From positions 1-48,583 of the forward strand of contig JAAYHN010000280.1 in the NCBI GenBank assembly GCA_012735395.1: a DNA stretch of 48,583 nt, given 5' to 3'. The stretch comes from Alcaligenaceae bacterium. Its GTDB lineage: Bacteria > Pseudomonadota > Gammaproteobacteria > Burkholderiales > Burkholderiaceae_B. Below the pieces are notes generated by a model. That model was not told where the DNA came from and did no database searches. It saw only the letters and a program-made list of their open reading frames with translations. Position numbers and translations under genes: made by a program. Shown here piece by piece: positions 18,846-30,204 of the stretch; positions within the stretch are counted from its first letter, which is position 1; every line of letters starts with the position of its first letter.

Positions 18846-20075
18846 TTAAGCGCTTAATACCTCGTCAACTACTTCAATCCAATGCCGGACTGGCGTATTG
18901 GTACCACTTTGCAAATGCGTCATACACCCCATATTGGACGTAATAATGGCATTAACCGGCCCGCCCGCCTGTATGGCTTCCAGTTTCCTGTCTCGCAATG
19001 GCATGGCAACTTCAGGATGCAAGACCGAATAAGTGCCGGCTGCACCACAGCACAAATGAGATTCTCCAAAAGCAGTTAATTTGAACCCCAATTCTGTTAG
19101 CAGTTTTTCTGTCAAGGGTCGCAAACCCTGCCAATGCTGCAAGGTACATGGCGGATGAAAAGCGACGGAATCAGGCAGTTTCTTTTTAAACTTCTGAACC
19201 AGCTCTTGGCTATGGGGTGCCAGCAGCTCGGCCACATCCTTGACGTATTCAACAAGATATTTCGCTTTTTCCGTGTAAACAGGATCTTCCCGCAGATGAA
19301 AAGGATACTCTTTGACAAACGCACCGCAGCCGGAAGCATTCATGACAATGGCTTCTATTTTGCCTGATTCCAGCAAAGGAACCCAAGTGTCGATATTGTG
19401 ACGCATCTGCTGCAAAGAGGGCCGGGTCTGGTCCAGATGGAAATTCACTGCCCCGCAACAGGCCCTGGCGGGCAAATCATAGGCAGAAATACCGGCCGCA
19501 TTCAGCACTCTGATGGTAGCCGCATCAATTGACGGCATTAGCTCAGGCTGCACACAACCGACTGGCACCAGGACTTTTCGTACATGATTGCCTGAAGGAA
19601 GCACACCGGCCGGACGGGCGACAGGCAATTTATTTGCCAATGTCTTGGGAATAAAGGAACGGACTATTCTACCCAGCCTGACTGAAATACCAAACACGGG
19701 GGAGTTCAACCCCCTGGCCAGAATTTTCCGCTGCAAGCGCTCAGTAAAACCGCGTTTGACTTTATCTGCCATTACTTGACGGCCAATATCCAGCAACTTC
19801 CCGTATTGAACCCCCGACGGGCAGGTGGTTTCGCAATTACGGCAGGTCAGGCACAGGTCCAGATGCTGTTGCGAAACAGCCGTAGGTGTTTTGCCTTCCA
19901 CCATTTCCTTGATTAAATATATCCGTCCCCTCGGGCTATCCAGCTCATTGCCAAGAATCTGGTAACTGGGGCAGGTTGCCTGACAAAATCCGCAATGCAC
20001 ACACTTCCTGAGAATTTCATCAATTGCCTGGCCATCGTGACTGTTGCGGGCCCATTCAGCTAAGTTTGTTTGCAT
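18846..20075 (-). CDS. glcF: Glycolate oxidase iron-sulfur subunit
   Basis: CVHCGFCQATCP, DSPRGRIYL, CLTCRNCETTCPSGV and two CCG motifs. Confidence 0.95.
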   Translation of the reverse strand: MQTNLAEWARNSHDGQAIDEILRKCVHCGFCQATCPSYQILGNELDSPRGRIYLIKEMVEGKTPTAVSQQHLDLCLTCRNCETTCPSGVQYGKLLDIGRQVMADKVKRGFTERLQRKILARGLNSPVFGISVRLGRIVRSFIPKTLANKLPVARPAGVLPSGNHVRKVLVPVGCVQPELMPSIDAATIRVLNAAGISAYDLPARACCGAVNFHLDQTRPSLQQMRHNIDTWVPLLESGKIEAIVMNASGCGAFVKEYPFHLREDPVYTEKAKYLVEYVKDVAELLAPHSQELVQKFKKKLPDSVAFHPPCTLQHWQGLRPLTEKLLTELGFKLTAFGESHLCCGAAGTYSVLHPEVAMPLRDRKLEAIQAGGPVNAIITSNMGCMTHLQSGTNTPVRHWIEVVDEVLSA

Positions 20076-20084
20076 GTTTCCGGC

Positions 20085-21185
20085 TCACAGATTCTTGATT
20101 AAACGGTTAGGATTGAACGTTCCCAGTGGATCCAGCGCATTTTTAAGGCGGCGGGTGATTGTCTCTATATTGTTGCGGAAAGGATGAAACACACCATCTC
20201 CCGGAATGGCATTGGGATTGGCATAGCGAAACAAGGTTGCATGACCGCCCAGCTGCTGGGCATTATGCCTGACATGAGCGACATCCTGGACATGCCTGAA
20301 CCAGCGTTGCCCCCCACCCCACTCAACCAATGGAATGGTTTCATTCATTTTGCCCACCAGCGGGGGAAGCGCGACACGCCAAATGGTTTCCTCATTGAAA
20401 AAAGGATGTGTTTGCTCTCGCAGCGACAACCAGAATGCACTGGCTTGCTGCCCGGCAATTTCATCACCCGGAAGCCTGGACTGCGCCTGTAAAACAGCAA
20501 CCTCAGACCCGGAAAGACGTAAGTACATATGCCCATTTTTGCCATTTTCAGGTACCCAGGCACTGGCACTGATGCACAATGAGCGGGCTTGCACTTCACG
20601 GAAAACATCAAAAGCCTGATTAATCGTACAGGCATGTTTCAGGGTTTTCTCACATAATGGCTTGGGCAGCACCTTGAATGAAACTTCCATAATCGCACCG
20701 AATATACCCAGAGAACCCACAAGCAGACGGGAAACATCATAACCGGCCACGTTTTTCATGACCTGCCCGCCAAAGCGGAGATATTGCCCTTCCGCATTGA
20801 GCAGTTTGGTGCCCAGCACAAAATCACTGGCTGCACCATTGGCCATTCTTCCAGGGCCGGAAAAACCGGTGGCAATCGCGCCACCAATCGTGGCCTGAGG
20901 ACCAAAGTGCGGGGGCTCCCAGGGCAACCTCTGGTTCTGTTCATTTAACAGGGTTTCAATTTCCTGCAATGGCGTACCACTGCAAACCGTCATTACCAGT
21001 TCCGATGGCTCATAATTAATGACCCCTTTATAAGCGGTTACATCCAGCTCAATGCTGTTTTCAGGCAAAGCCGTATCCGGGTTACCATAAAAAGCCTTGC
21101 TCCCGCCCCCTTTGACAAGCACATGTTTATGCGCTGCAACTGCAGCAATCACCTGCTCGCTTAATTCTTTCAAGACAAATGACAT
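20085..21185 (-). CDS. glcE: Glycolate oxidase FAD-binding subunit
   Basis: GGGSKAFYG, YEPSELV, EPPHFG and FGGQVMKNVAGYDVSRL. Start set to ATG 21185, just after the glcD stop. Confidence 0.95.
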   Translation of the reverse strand: MSFVLKELSEQVIAAVAAHKHVLVKGGGSKAFYGNPDTALPENSIELDVTAYKGVINYEPSELVMTVCSGTPLQEIETLLNEQNQRLPWEPPHFGPQATIGGAIATGFSGPGRMANGAASDFVLGTKLLNAEGQYLRFGGQVMKNVAGYDVSRLLVGSLGIFGAIMEVSFKVLPKPLCEKTLKHACTINQAFDVFREVQARSLCISASAWVPENGKNGHMYLRLSGSEVAVLQAQSRLPGDEIAGQQASAFWLSLREQTHPFFNEETIWRVALPPLVGKMNETIPLVEWGGGQRWFRHVQDVAHVRHNAQQLGGHATLFRYANPNAIPGDGVFHPFRNNIETITRRLKNALDPLGTFNPNRLIKNL

Positions 21186-21187
21186 TT

Positions 21188-22675
21188 TTAAAACCGCTCC
21201 AGCTCGGGAAACTTTATTTGCCCACCATGAACATGCATTTTTCCATATTCGGCACAACGGTTCAGGGTTGGAATCTGTTTGCTTGGATTCAATAACTCTT
21301 CCGGATCGAACGCTCTTTTAATGGCCATAAAAGCATCCAGTTCATCGCGGGTAAACTGCGAACACATTTGATTGATTTTCTCAAGCCCGACACCGTGCTC
21401 ACCCGTAATCGTGCCCCCCACCTGTATGCATAATTCAAGGATTTCCGCACCAAAATCTTCGGCACGCCTGAGCTCATCGGGATCGTTGGCATCAAAAAGA
21501 ATGAGGGGGTGCAAATTGCCATCGCCCGCATGAAACACATTCGCGCAACGTAAGCGGTATTTTTTTTCCATTTCCGCCATTTGCGTCAAGACATTGGCCA
21601 GCTGGCTGCGCGGAATGGTACCATCCATACAGTAATAATCGGGCGACACCCGCCCGGCAGCGGGAAAGGCGTTTTTACGCCCCGCCCAGAACAGCAAACG
21701 TTCCTGTTCATTACTGGACACCTGCAAGCGAACGGCACCTGCCTTATCGAAGACGGCTTTCATACGCTGTATTTCATCTTCCACTTCCTGCACGGTGCCA
21801 TCTGATTCACACAGAAGAATAGCCTGTGCGTCCAGGTCATAACCAGCCTGCACAAACGGCTCTACCATGCGGGTTGCCCGCTGGTCCATCATTTCCAGCC
21901 CGGCCGGGATAATACCGGCGGCAATCACATCCCTGACGGCATCGCCAGCGGCTTCAATGGTTGCAAAACTGGCCATAATGACTGTGGCAGCTTCCGGTTT
22001 GGGTATCAGTTTTACGGTTGCCTCGGTAACGACGCCCAGCATGCCTTCCGAACCGATAAAGGCGGGAAGCAGATTCAAACCGGGTACGTCTGGCGCACTG
22101 GAGCCAAGCTCAACCACATCGCCATCAATGGTAACCATGCGTACCCGCATGACATTATGTACGGTCAAACCATATTTAAGGCAATGCACCCCACCGGCAT
22201 TCTCGGCAATATTCCCCCCGATAGAACAGGCTATCTGGCTTGATGGATCGGGCGCATAATAAAGACCGTATTGGGACACCGCTTCGGAAATAGCCAGATT
22301 ACGTACCCCGGGTTCTACTACTGCCGTTGCTGCCACAGGATCTATGCGCTTGATTTTATTAAGTTTGGAAACACCCAGCAAAATCCCTTCCGCATGCGGG
22401 GTAGCCCCACCGGACAATCCTGTACCCGCCCCCCTGGGCACGACCGGAACACCATGTTTTTTGCAGAGTTTCATGACATGAATAATCTGCTCTTCCGTTT
22501 CAGGCAACACAACAACAGCAGGCATTTCCCTGAAAAGGGTAAGACCATCGCATTCGAAAGGCTTTTTCTCTTCAGGTCGGCTCAGAATGCAATGAGAGGG
22601 CAATACAGTCGCCAAATCAGTAATCAATTCTGAAAAAACATGCCGGGCTGTATCGGGCTCATGAGGCACCATCAT
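21188..22675 (-). CDS. glcD: Glycolate oxidase subunit
   Basis: RGAGTGLSGGA, PDPSSQIACSIGGN, HAGDGNLHP and GEHGVG. Confidence 0.95.
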   Translation of the reverse strand: MMVPHEPDTARHVFSELITDLATVLPSHCILSRPEEKKPFECDGLTLFREMPAVVVLPETEEQIIHVMKLCKKHGVPVVPRGAGTGLSGGATPHAEGILLGVSKLNKIKRIDPVAATAVVEPGVRNLAISEAVSQYGLYYAPDPSSQIACSIGGNIAENAGGVHCLKYGLTVHNVMRVRMVTIDGDVVELGSSAPDVPGLNLLPAFIGSEGMLGVVTEATVKLIPKPEAATVIMASFATIEAAGDAVRDVIAAGIIPAGLEMMDQRATRMVEPFVQAGYDLDAQAILLCESDGTVQEVEDEIQRMKAVFDKAGAVRLQVSSNEQERLLFWAGRKNAFPAAGRVSPDYYCMDGTIPRSQLANVLTQMAEMEKKYRLRCANVFHAGDGNLHPLILFDANDPDELRRAEDFGAEILELCIQVGGTITGEHGVGLEKINQMCSQFTRDELDAFMAIKRAFDPEELLNPSKQIPTLNRCAEYGKMHVHGGQIKFPELERF

Positions 22676-22809
22676 CTCCCTCTCCCTTTTTTTATTTAAG
22701 GATGATTTTTTAATCTACGCCGTAAAGTATACCCACCTGCATAGCCTGATAACACACCGAAAAACCCTAATAACAAACAGTCATCCCGTTTCATGAAAAA
22801 CAGGAAAAT

Positions 22810-22847
22810 ATGGCCGGAGCCCATCTATCAGGACAGGTTCCGGCCAT
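22810..22847 (-). terminator. Hairpin downstream of the DAHP synthase gene
   Basis: ATGGCCGGA...TCCGGCCAT stem followed by ATTTT on the minus strand. Confidence 0.6.
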
Positions 22848-22873
22848 GCTTTTATTTCAAATACCCTTATTGA

Positions 22874-23944
22874 TTATTCATTCTCTGCTGACACCGCGCG
22901 ACGGGTTTTAACCGCCTGCGCCAGACGTTCCAGTACACTGACGGAAGTATCCCAACCAATACAGCCATCTGTAATACTCTGGCCGTAATTCAATTCCTGG
23001 CCCTCTACCAGATCCTGGCGGCCTGCCTGCAAATGGCTTTCAATCATGACACCAAAAATACGCTGGTCACCGGCTTCCATTTGTTTTGCAATATCATCCA
23101 TGACCATAGGCTGGTTTTCTGGCTTTTTGTTGCTGTTGGCATGACTGGCATCAATCATGATTTTGGCCTGCAAACCGGATTTGGTTAATTGCTCTGACGC
23201 GTCGTTAATGCTTTGTTCGTCGTAATTGGGTGCCTTGCCACCACGCAGAATGATATGCCCGTCTTTATTGCCCAGCGTGGACACAATGGCCGAATGGCCA
23301 CCTTTGGTAACGGAAAGGAAATGGTGTGACTGGGAAGCGGCATTAATGGCATCTATCGCAATCTTGATATTGCCGTCGGTGCCATTTTTAAAACCTACCG
23401 GACAAGACAGGCCGGAAGCCAGTTCACGGTGCACCTGGCTTTCTGTGGTACGGGCACCAATGGCGCCCCAGGAAACCAGGTCGGCAATATATTGCGGTGT
23501 AATCATGTCCAGGAACTCGCAACCGGCCGGTACACCCAGCTCATTCACAGCCAGCAACAGCTGGCGTGCAAGACGCAGGCCCTTATTGATATTGAAGCTG
23601 CCATCAAGGTCGGGGTCATTGATTAAACCTTTCCAGCCCACGGTTGTACGTGGTTTTTCAAAATAGACCCGCATGACAATTTCAAGCTCGTTCTTGAAAC
23701 GCTCACGTTCAATTTTCAGGCGATTGACATATTCGATGGCTGCCTTGGGATCATGGATTGAACAAGGGCCAATCACCACCACCAGGCGGTCATCTTCACC
23801 ATGAATGATTTTATGAATCGCTTCGCGAGCCCCGTGAACGACATTGGAAATTTCACTGGTACACGCAAATTCACGCATTAAATGAGATGGGGGGCTTAAT
23901 TCTTTAATTTCACGGATTCGTAAGTCGTCTGTATTGTATGACAC
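22874..23944 (-). CDS. aroG: Class I DAHP synthase (AroG/AroF type)
   Basis: GPCSIHD, RVYFEKPRTTVGWKG, IGARTTESQVHRE and GFKNGTDG. GTG start after CAGGAG. Confidence 0.96.
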   Translation of the reverse strand: MSYNTDDLRIREIKELSPPSHLMREFACTSEISNVVHGAREAIHKIIHGEDDRLVVVIGPCSIHDPKAAIEYVNRLKIERERFKNELEIVMRVYFEKPRTTVGWKGLINDPDLDGSFNINKGLRLARQLLLAVNELGVPAGCEFLDMITPQYIADLVSWGAIGARTTESQVHRELASGLSCPVGFKNGTDGNIKIAIDAINAASQSHHFLSVTKGGHSAIVSTLGNKDGHIILRGGKAPNYDEQSINDASEQLTKSGLQAKIMIDASHANSNKKPENQPMVMDDIAKQMEAGDQRIFGVMIESHLQAGRQDLVEGQELNYGQSITDGCIGWDTSVSVLERLAQAVKTRRAVSAENE

Positions 23945-23990
23945 GTTGTACTCCTGGTATTTTGAATGCTTGCTTATATGCTGCTATATA

Positions 23991-24025
23991 AAGAAAAAGC
24001 CGCCATTATTGCTGGCGGCTTTTTT
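23991..24025 (-). terminator. Attenuator terminator upstream of aroG
   Basis: Minus strand AAAAAGCCGCCA-gcaataa-TGGCGGCTTTTTCTTT, about 45 nt before the aroG start. Confidence 0.85.
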
Positions 24026-24041
24026 AGGAATTTTGCTGTTT

Positions 24042-24128
24042 TTACTGCGCAAGCTGTGTCCTTCTCTCCGCCATTGGCTTTGAAAAACTAAAATAAAAGA
24101 AGAAGAAAGACACAACTGAATTTTTCAT
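24042..24128 (-). CDS. Phe/Tyr-rich attenuator leader peptide (28 aa)
   Basis: MKNSVVSFFFFYFSFSKPMAERRTQLAQ* has 6 Phe and 1 Tyr in 8 consecutive codons. The internal TGGCGG is complementary to the terminator 5' arm. Confidence 0.85.
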   Translation of the reverse strand: MKNSVVSFFFFYFSFSKPMAERRTQLAQ

Positions 24129-24231
24129 AGTGTTTATATCCTAGCACAGCTTTTTTAAATTTCGCATTCTTTTACCGCATCGCAATAAAAAAACCGGAAA
24201 CTGTGATTAATGCACCACACTGAAACCGCGC

Positions 24232-25686
24232 TTACGCAGTACCGCCAACCGTCAGGCCATCCATGCGAATGGTTGGCATACCCACACCCACCGGCACACT
24301 CTGGCCTTCTTTGCCACAAGTGCCCACCCCGGAATCCAGTGCCAGGTCATTGCCAATCATGGATACCTTGTTCATGGCATCGGGGCCGTTGCCAATTAAG
24401 GTGGCCCCCTTGACCGGATAACTGATTTTACCGTTTTCAATCATATAGGCTTCAGAGGTGGAGAAAACGAATTTCCCGCTGGTAATGTCAACCTGGCCAC
24501 CGCCAAAGTTAACCGCATAAATACCATTCTTCACTGAAGCAATAATTTCCTCTGGGTCTTCTTTACCGGCCAGCATGAAAGTATTGGTCATGCGCGGCAT
24601 GGGCAAATGGGCAAAAGATTCGCGGCGGCCATTACCGGTTACCGCTGTTTTCATTAAACGGGCATTCTGTGTATCTTGCATGTAACCACGTAAAATACCA
24701 TCTTCAATCAATACATTATGCCGGGTCGGGTTTCCTTCATCGTCTATGTTAAGGGAACCGCGACGGTCTTTGAGGGTGCCATCATCAATCACGGTGACCC
24801 CTTTTGAGGCAACCCGCTGGCCGATCCGGCCCGAGAAAATACTGGAACCCTTGCGGTTAAAATCGCCCTCAAGGCCATGCCCCACCGCTTCATGCAACAA
24901 AATACCCGGCCAGCCGGAACCCAGCACAACCGTCATTTCACCGGCAGGCGCGGGACGTGCTTCAAGGTTGACAAGCGCCTCATGAACCGCCTTCTCGACA
25001 TACCCATTCAGTAGCGCATCGGAAAAATATTCAAGCCCCACACGCCCGCCACCGCCAGCATGTCCCATTTCACGGCGGCCATTACGCTCGGCCAGCACGG
25101 TAATGGACAGGCGCACCAGCGGCCGGATATCGGCAACCAGGCGGCCGTCACTGCCGGCAATTAACACCACATCGTATTCGGCCCCCAGGCCGGCCATGAC
25201 CTGAATGACATGCGGATCTTTGGCTCGCGCCATTTTTTCAATGCGCTCAAGCAAACCGACCTTATCTGTGGCTGACAATGAAGCCAGGGGATCAATGCCA
25301 CGATACAAATCATGATGTGAACCGGCACTGGCCAGCACTTTGCTTTTACCGGCCCCCCGGCGTGCGATGGTTTTGACCGTGCTGGCAGAAGACTGCAGGG
25401 CCTCGGGTGAAAGCACATCGGAATAGGCAAAGGCTGTTTTTTCGCCTGAAACCGCACGTACCCCCACCCCTTGGGAAATGGAGAAACTGCCCGTTTTGAC
25501 AATACTTTCTTCCAGACTCCAGCTTTCACTGCGCGTGTACTGGAAATATAAATCGGCGTAGTCTACCTTGTGGGTGAAGATTTCACCCAGGGCGCTGGCC
25601 AAATGCCCCTCGTGCAAGCCCCATGGATCAAGCAACAGTGATTTTGCGGTAGACAGGCTCAGGATATCGGTATCAATTAGATTCAT
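24232..25686 (-). CDS. tldD: Metalloprotease TldD
   Basis: [31 protein letters not shown] and [13 protein letters not shown]. Start set to ATG 25686. Confidence 0.96.
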   Translation of the reverse strand: MNLIDTDILSLSTAKSLLLDPWGLHEGHLASALGEIFTHKVDYADLYFQYTRSESWSLEESIVKTGSFSISQGVGVRAVSGEKTAFAYSDVLSPEALQSSASTVKTIARRGAGKSKVLASAGSHHDLYRGIDPLASLSATDKVGLLERIEKMARAKDPHVIQVMAGLGAEYDVVLIAGSDGRLVADIRPLVRLSITVLAERNGRREMGHAGGGGRVGLEYFSDALLNGYVEKAVHEALVNLEARPAPAGEMTVVLGSGWPGILLHEAVGHGLEGDFNRKGSSIFSGRIGQRVASKGVTVIDDGTLKDRRGSLNIDDEGNPTRHNVLIEDGILRGYMQDTQNARLMKTAVTGNGRRESFAHLPMPRMTNTFMLAGKEDPEEIIASVKNGIYAVNFGGGQVDITSGKFVFSTSEAYMIENGKISYPVKGATLIGNGPDAMNKVSMIGNDLALDSGVGTCGKEGQSVPVGVGMPTIRMDGLTVGGTA

Positions 25687-26329
25687 CTTTGTTAATTTCA
25701 AATTTTACTTTACGCACCTGCCCGTTTTCGCCGGGGAATCCATCGAAAACAGATGAGGTCAAATAGGGCATGACCTGGATCAGATTGGCCTTGCCGGAAT
25801 CGGCCAGGACGGTTGCCTGATACACTTCCCTGCCACTGTTATTCAGGTCACGAATGGACACATGCAGACTGTAACGATTATAACTGGTTTGCACATACCG
25901 GTACTGTGGTGCCATCATGATACCGAATCCGCTGTAAAACGGGTGGCGATGGCCCCATCCCCAACCAAAATTAAAGGAGGGATAGAAAAACGGATCATAA
26001 AAGGGATCTTGCTCACGCACCATTTGCTGGCGCCCGTCGATGGCGTAATCAAATGTCACTTCAAACCGGGCCTTCTGGCGCCCCACCGCTTCGGACAGGC
26101 CGGTTTTCCACATTTGCCTGCGCAACTGTTCGACATAGCTTGATTTTTCAAGATCTTGCTCCAGCCCTGGCTCAAAGCGGTAAAGCTGGTCTTTGGCATC
26201 AGCGGGCCAGCGCTGGAAAGACGTGGTTTGGGTTGTGAAATTTTGTGTTGTTGAGCATGCCGCCAGAAGAAGCAGCGAAGACAGGATAAACAACTTGCGC
26301 AGACGCAATTTCAAATTGAGGATATTCAT
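25673..26329 (-). CDS. DUF4136-like lipoprotein
   Basis: Lipobox LAAC, aromatic/Gly-rich central segment, and VYQATV...[15 protein letters not shown]. Confidence 0.75.
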   Translation of the reverse strand: MNILNLKLRLRKLFILSSLLLLAACSTTQNFTTQTTSFQRWPADAKDQLYRFEPGLEQDLEKSSYVEQLRRQMWKTGLSEAVGRQKARFEVTFDYAIDGRQQMVREQDPFYDPFFYPSFNFGWGWGHRHPFYSGFGIMMAPQYRYVQTSYNRYSLHVSIRDLNNSGREVYQATVLADSGKANLIQVMPYLTSSVFDGFPGENGQVRKVKFEINKDESN

Positions 26330-26479
26330 AATACAGATACGCTCTGGTTACAGTTAAAGCATGATGACTGCATTCAGGCCCATTGTGACACACAAGGGGC
26401 AAATAGTATTTTAAAACAGGTAAAACCTCTATAATTAGTCGACTTAATCAAGATAATCAGGATAATTTTTCTTATTGCC

Positions 26480-29173
26480 ATGCCTTCAAATACACCTGTA
26501 ACTATACATCGCCACGATTACCGTGAATACCCTTTCAATATCACAAATGTTGCATTGCATTTCGATCTGCATGAAGAAAACACCCGGGTTTGCAGCACAC
26601 TTTCCATCAGTAGTAAAACAGAGCAGCCGGCAGATCTGGTACTGGATGGTGAAGATATCCGGCTGGTTTCCGTTCTGCTTAACGGCCAGCCCCTTACCGC
26701 AAGCCAGTACCACCTAAGCGAAGAAACCCTTACCATTCCCGCCTTGCAAGGGCAACTCACCCTGGAAATCATCTCGGAATGCAATCCTGCCGCAAACAGT
26801 ACACTCATGGGCCTTTATGTGTCGGGCAACAGTTTTTTCACGCAATGTGAGGCTGAAGGCTTCCGGCGCATTACCTTTTTCCCCGACCGCCCCGATGTCA
26901 TGAGCAAATACACAGTCACGCTGTGTGCCAACAAAGAGCGCTATCCCTACCTTCTGTCCAACGGCAACCTGCTGGCCAGCCAAGACTTGCCCGACGGGCG
27001 CCATCAGGCCACATGGGAAGACCCGTTCAGCAAGCCCAGCTACCTCTTTGCGCTAGTGGCGGGTGATTTTGATATCCTTGAAAAACAGGCCACCACCCGC
27101 AGTGGCCGCAATGTATTGCTGCAGGTTTATAGCGACAAAGGTTCCGGCCATCAAACCGGATGGGCCCTTGAATCCCTGGAAAGGGCCATGAAATGGGACG
27201 AAACCCGTTTTGGTCTTGAACTGGATCTTGACCGCTTCATGATTGTTGCCGTACGTGACTTCAATATGGGCGCCATGGAAAACAAAGGCCTGAATATTTT
27301 CAATGCCGCCTATGTCCTGGCAGACCCGAATACCGCCACCGACATGAACTATGAAGGAATAGAGTCGGTTATCGGGCACGAATATTTCCATAACTGGACC
27401 GGCAACCGCGTCACCTGCCGCGACTGGTTCCAGCTAAGCTTAAAAGAAGGCCTGACCGTTTTCCGTGACCAGGAGTTTTCTGCCGACATGATGGCCCGTG
27501 GCCTCGATGAAACCGCGGCCGCCAGTGCCCGTGCCGTTAAACGGATAGACGACGTTACCCGTCTCAGGACCGCACAGTTCCCCGAAGATGCCGGCCCCAT
27601 GGCACACCCTATCCGGCCGGAAAGCTATCAGGAAATGAGCAATTTTTACACGGCGACCGTGTATGAAAAAGGGGCTGAAATCATTCGCATGCAACACACC
27701 CTGCTGGGTAAGGAAGGCTTCCGTGCCGGCATGGATGAATACTTCCACCGCCACGACGGGCAAGCCGTTACTTGTGATGATTTCATCAACGTGATGGAGT
27801 CCATATACTCGCAGCGCCATCCCGGCAAGGATTTCAGCATTTTCAGGAATTGGTATTCACAGGCAGGCACGCCACGCGTCAGCGTCAAACTTGATTACAA
27901 CGAGACGAAACAGCGCTGCACCATCACCCTGTCGCAAAGCTGTGCACCGGTCGGGGTTGAAAAGCTGCAAAGCGGTTTCATTAAAAAACCGTTCCATATT
28001 CCCTTCGCTTTCGGCCTGCTTGACCAGGCCGGACAGCCCCTGTCACTGGCATTCGAAGGTAAACGGCAAACCACGGTGTTGCTTGAATTGAAAGAAGAAA
28101 GCCAATCCTGGCATTTTGATAACATCCCGTCCAAACCCATTCCCTCCTTGCTGCGTGATTTTTCCGCACCGGTGATTGTTGAGTACGCATGGACACTGCA
28201 GGAACTGGCCACCCTGTGCGCACATGACACAAACCCCTTTGCCCGCTGGGAAGCAGTACAGGAACTGTGCTCACGGGAATTGCTGGATATTGCCAATACC
28301 ATTATCAAAGGAGAAGCCCCACAACTCGGCGATACCTTGTTGCAAGTGTGGCAAACCAACCTGCAAGACCCCAGGCTGGATGCCGGTTATCGTGCCTGGC
28401 TCCTGAGCCTGCCCTCTGAAAAAATCCTGGCAGAACGCATGAACCCGATAGAGCCGCTGGCCATTGCCCAGGCCAGGAATTTTGTACGCCAGGAGTTGGC
28501 CAGCCAGTTGGCCGGGCTATGGTTACAAACACTTGAACAGAATAAAACGCCCGGTACCTATAGCCCCGACCCGATCAGTGCGGGCCGCCGCAGCCTGAAA
28601 AACCTGGCGTTAAATTATTTGCTGTCGGCACAAAACCCACAGGCAATCCAGGCCGCTTTCGCACAGTACCAGAACGCCAGCAATATGAGCGATCGCATGG
28701 GTGCACTTTCCGCGCTGGTCAGCCATTACGAAGGTGATGAGCGCGACGAAGCACTGGCACAGTTTTACGAGCAGTGGCAGCATGACCCGCTGGTGGTTGA
28801 TAAATGGTTTGCCCTGCAGGCCAGTGCCCGCAGCACCAATGCAAAAACCGCACTGGGCCTGATGGCACACCCTGCCTTCAATTTGCGCAACCCCAACCGT
28901 GCCCGTTCCCTGGTTTTCCAGTTCTGCATCAACAACACCGAAGGCCTGCACAATGCAGACGGCTCGGGCTATGCATTCTGGGCCGACCAGGTCATTGCCC
29001 TGAACGGCATCAACCCGGAAATTGCCGCCCGGCTGGCGCGTGTCATGGACAACTGGTCCCGCTACACGCCCGCTATCAAAGAACAGATGCAACAGGCACT
29101 CAAACGTGTTGAAGCCCATCCCGGCTTATCAAAAAACGTCTCTGAAATTGTATCCAAAGCTTTAAATATTTAA
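26480..29173 (+). CDS. pepN: Aminopeptidase N
   Basis: [20 protein letters not shown] and [25 protein letters not shown]. Confidence 0.98.
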   Translation: MPSNTPVTIHRHDYREYPFNITNVALHFDLHEENTRVCSTLSISSKTEQPADLVLDGEDIRLVSVLLNGQPLTASQYHLSEETLTIPALQGQLTLEIISECNPAANSTLMGLYVSGNSFFTQCEAEGFRRITFFPDRPDVMSKYTVTLCANKERYPYLLSNGNLLASQDLPDGRHQATWEDPFSKPSYLFALVAGDFDILEKQATTRSGRNVLLQVYSDKGSGHQTGWALESLERAMKWDETRFGLELDLDRFMIVAVRDFNMGAMENKGLNIFNAAYVLADPNTATDMNYEGIESVIGHEYFHNWTGNRVTCRDWFQLSLKEGLTVFRDQEFSADMMARGLDETAAASARAVKRIDDVTRLRTAQFPEDAGPMAHPIRPESYQEMSNFYTATVYEKGAEIIRMQHTLLGKEGFRAGMDEYFHRHDGQAVTCDDFINVMESIYSQRHPGKDFSIFRNWYSQAGTPRVSVKLDYNETKQRCTITLSQSCAPVGVEKLQSGFIKKPFHIPFAFGLLDQAGQPLSLAFEGKRQTTVLLELKEESQSWHFDNIPSKPIPSLLRDFSAPVIVEYAWTLQELATLCAHDTNPFARWEAVQELCSRELLDIANTIIKGEAPQLGDTLLQVWQTNLQDPRLDAGYRAWLLSLPSEKILAERMNPIEPLAIAQARNFVRQELASQLAGLWLQTLEQNKTPGTYSPDPISAGRRSLKNLALNYLLSAQNPQAIQAAFAQYQNASNMSDRMGALSALVSHYEGDERDEALAQFYEQWQHDPLVVDKWFALQASARSTNAKTALGLMAHPAFNLRNPNRARSLVFQFCINNTEGLHNADGSGYAFWADQVIALNGINPEIAARLARVMDNWSRYTPAIKEQMQQALKRVEAHPGLSKNVSEIVSKALNI

Positions 29174-29193
29174 ACCCAAAGGAATTTTCACGA

Positions 29194-30204
29194 ATGAAAT
29201 GTAAAACCCTGACGCAATATCTGGTAGAACAGCAACGCCAGAATCATGCCCTGCAGGCAGAAGTACGCCTGCTGATTGAAGTAGTGGCGCGTGCCTGCAA
29301 AAGTATTGGTCATGCCGTAAGCAAAGGTGCCCTGGGCGGCATCCTGGGCAGCCTTGAAACTGAAAACGTTCAGGGCGAAGTCCAGAAAAAACTGGACGTC
29401 ATGTCCAATGAAATCCTGCTGGAAGCCAATGAATGGGGTGGCCAGCTGGCAGCCATGGCCTCTGAAGAAATGGAAACCATCCATAAAATCCCGAACCGTT
29501 ACCCCAAAGGCGAATACCTGTTATTGTTCGACCCCCTGGACGGCTCATCCAATATTGATGTCAACGTATCCATTGGTACCATCTTCTCTATTCTTAAAGC
29601 ACCTGCCGAAGCCTCGGGACGTGAAATTACCGAGCAGGATTTCCTGCAACCCGGTACCCAACAGGTCGCTGCGGGTTATGCGGTTTATGGCCCCCAAACC
29701 ATGCTGGTTATTACCCTGGGCAATGGTGTTGTCGGTTTTACGCTTGACCGTGAAACAGGTACCTGGATGCTAACCAGCGAAGACATCCGCATTCCCGAAG
29801 ACACCAAAGAGTTTGCCATCAATATGTCCAATATGCGTCACTGGAAACCCGAAGTGCGCCAGTATATTGAAGACTGCCTTGCCGGTAAAACCGGCCCGCT
29901 GGGTAAAGACTACAATATGCGCTGGATTGCCTCTATGGTGGCCGATGTGCATCGCATTCTTACCCGCGGTGGCATTTTCATGTATCCATGGGATTCACGT
30001 GACCCCGCCAAACCGGGCAAACTGCGTTTAATGTATGAAGCCAACCCCATGAGTTTCATTGTTGAACAGGCCGGTGGGGTTGCCACCGACTCGGTACAAC
30101 GCATTCTGGATATCCAGCCAAGCGAATTGCATCAGCGCGTTGGCGTGGTTCTGGGCTCTAAAAACGAAGTGGAGCGTGTTCGCGCTTACTGCGCAGGGTC
30201 ATAA
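29194..30204 (+). CDS. fbp: Class 1 fructose-1,6-bisphosphatase
   Basis: [22 protein letters not shown] and [11 protein letters not shown]. Confidence 0.98.
   Translation: MKCKTLTQYLVEQQRQNHALQAEVRLLIEVVARACKSIGHAVSKGALGGILGSLETENVQGEVQKKLDVMSNEILLEANEWGGQLAAMASEEMETIHKIPNRYPKGEYLLLFDPLDGSSNIDVNVSIGTIFSILKAPAEASGREITEQDFLQPGTQQVAAGYAVYGPQTMLVITLGNGVVGFTLDRETGTWMLTSEDIRIPEDTKEFAINMSNMRHWKPEVRQYIEDCLAGKTGPLGKDYNMRWIASMVADVHRILTRGGIFMYPWDSRDPAKPGKLRLMYEANPMSFIVEQAGGVATDSVQRILDIQPSELHQRVGVVLGSKNEVERVRAYCAGS

Noticed and set aside
26486-29119. Many 60-170 aa ORFs overlapping pepN (and similar ones across other genes)
   Set aside because: They are antisense or off-frame shadows of well-supported genes, with no RBS or recognisable motifs.
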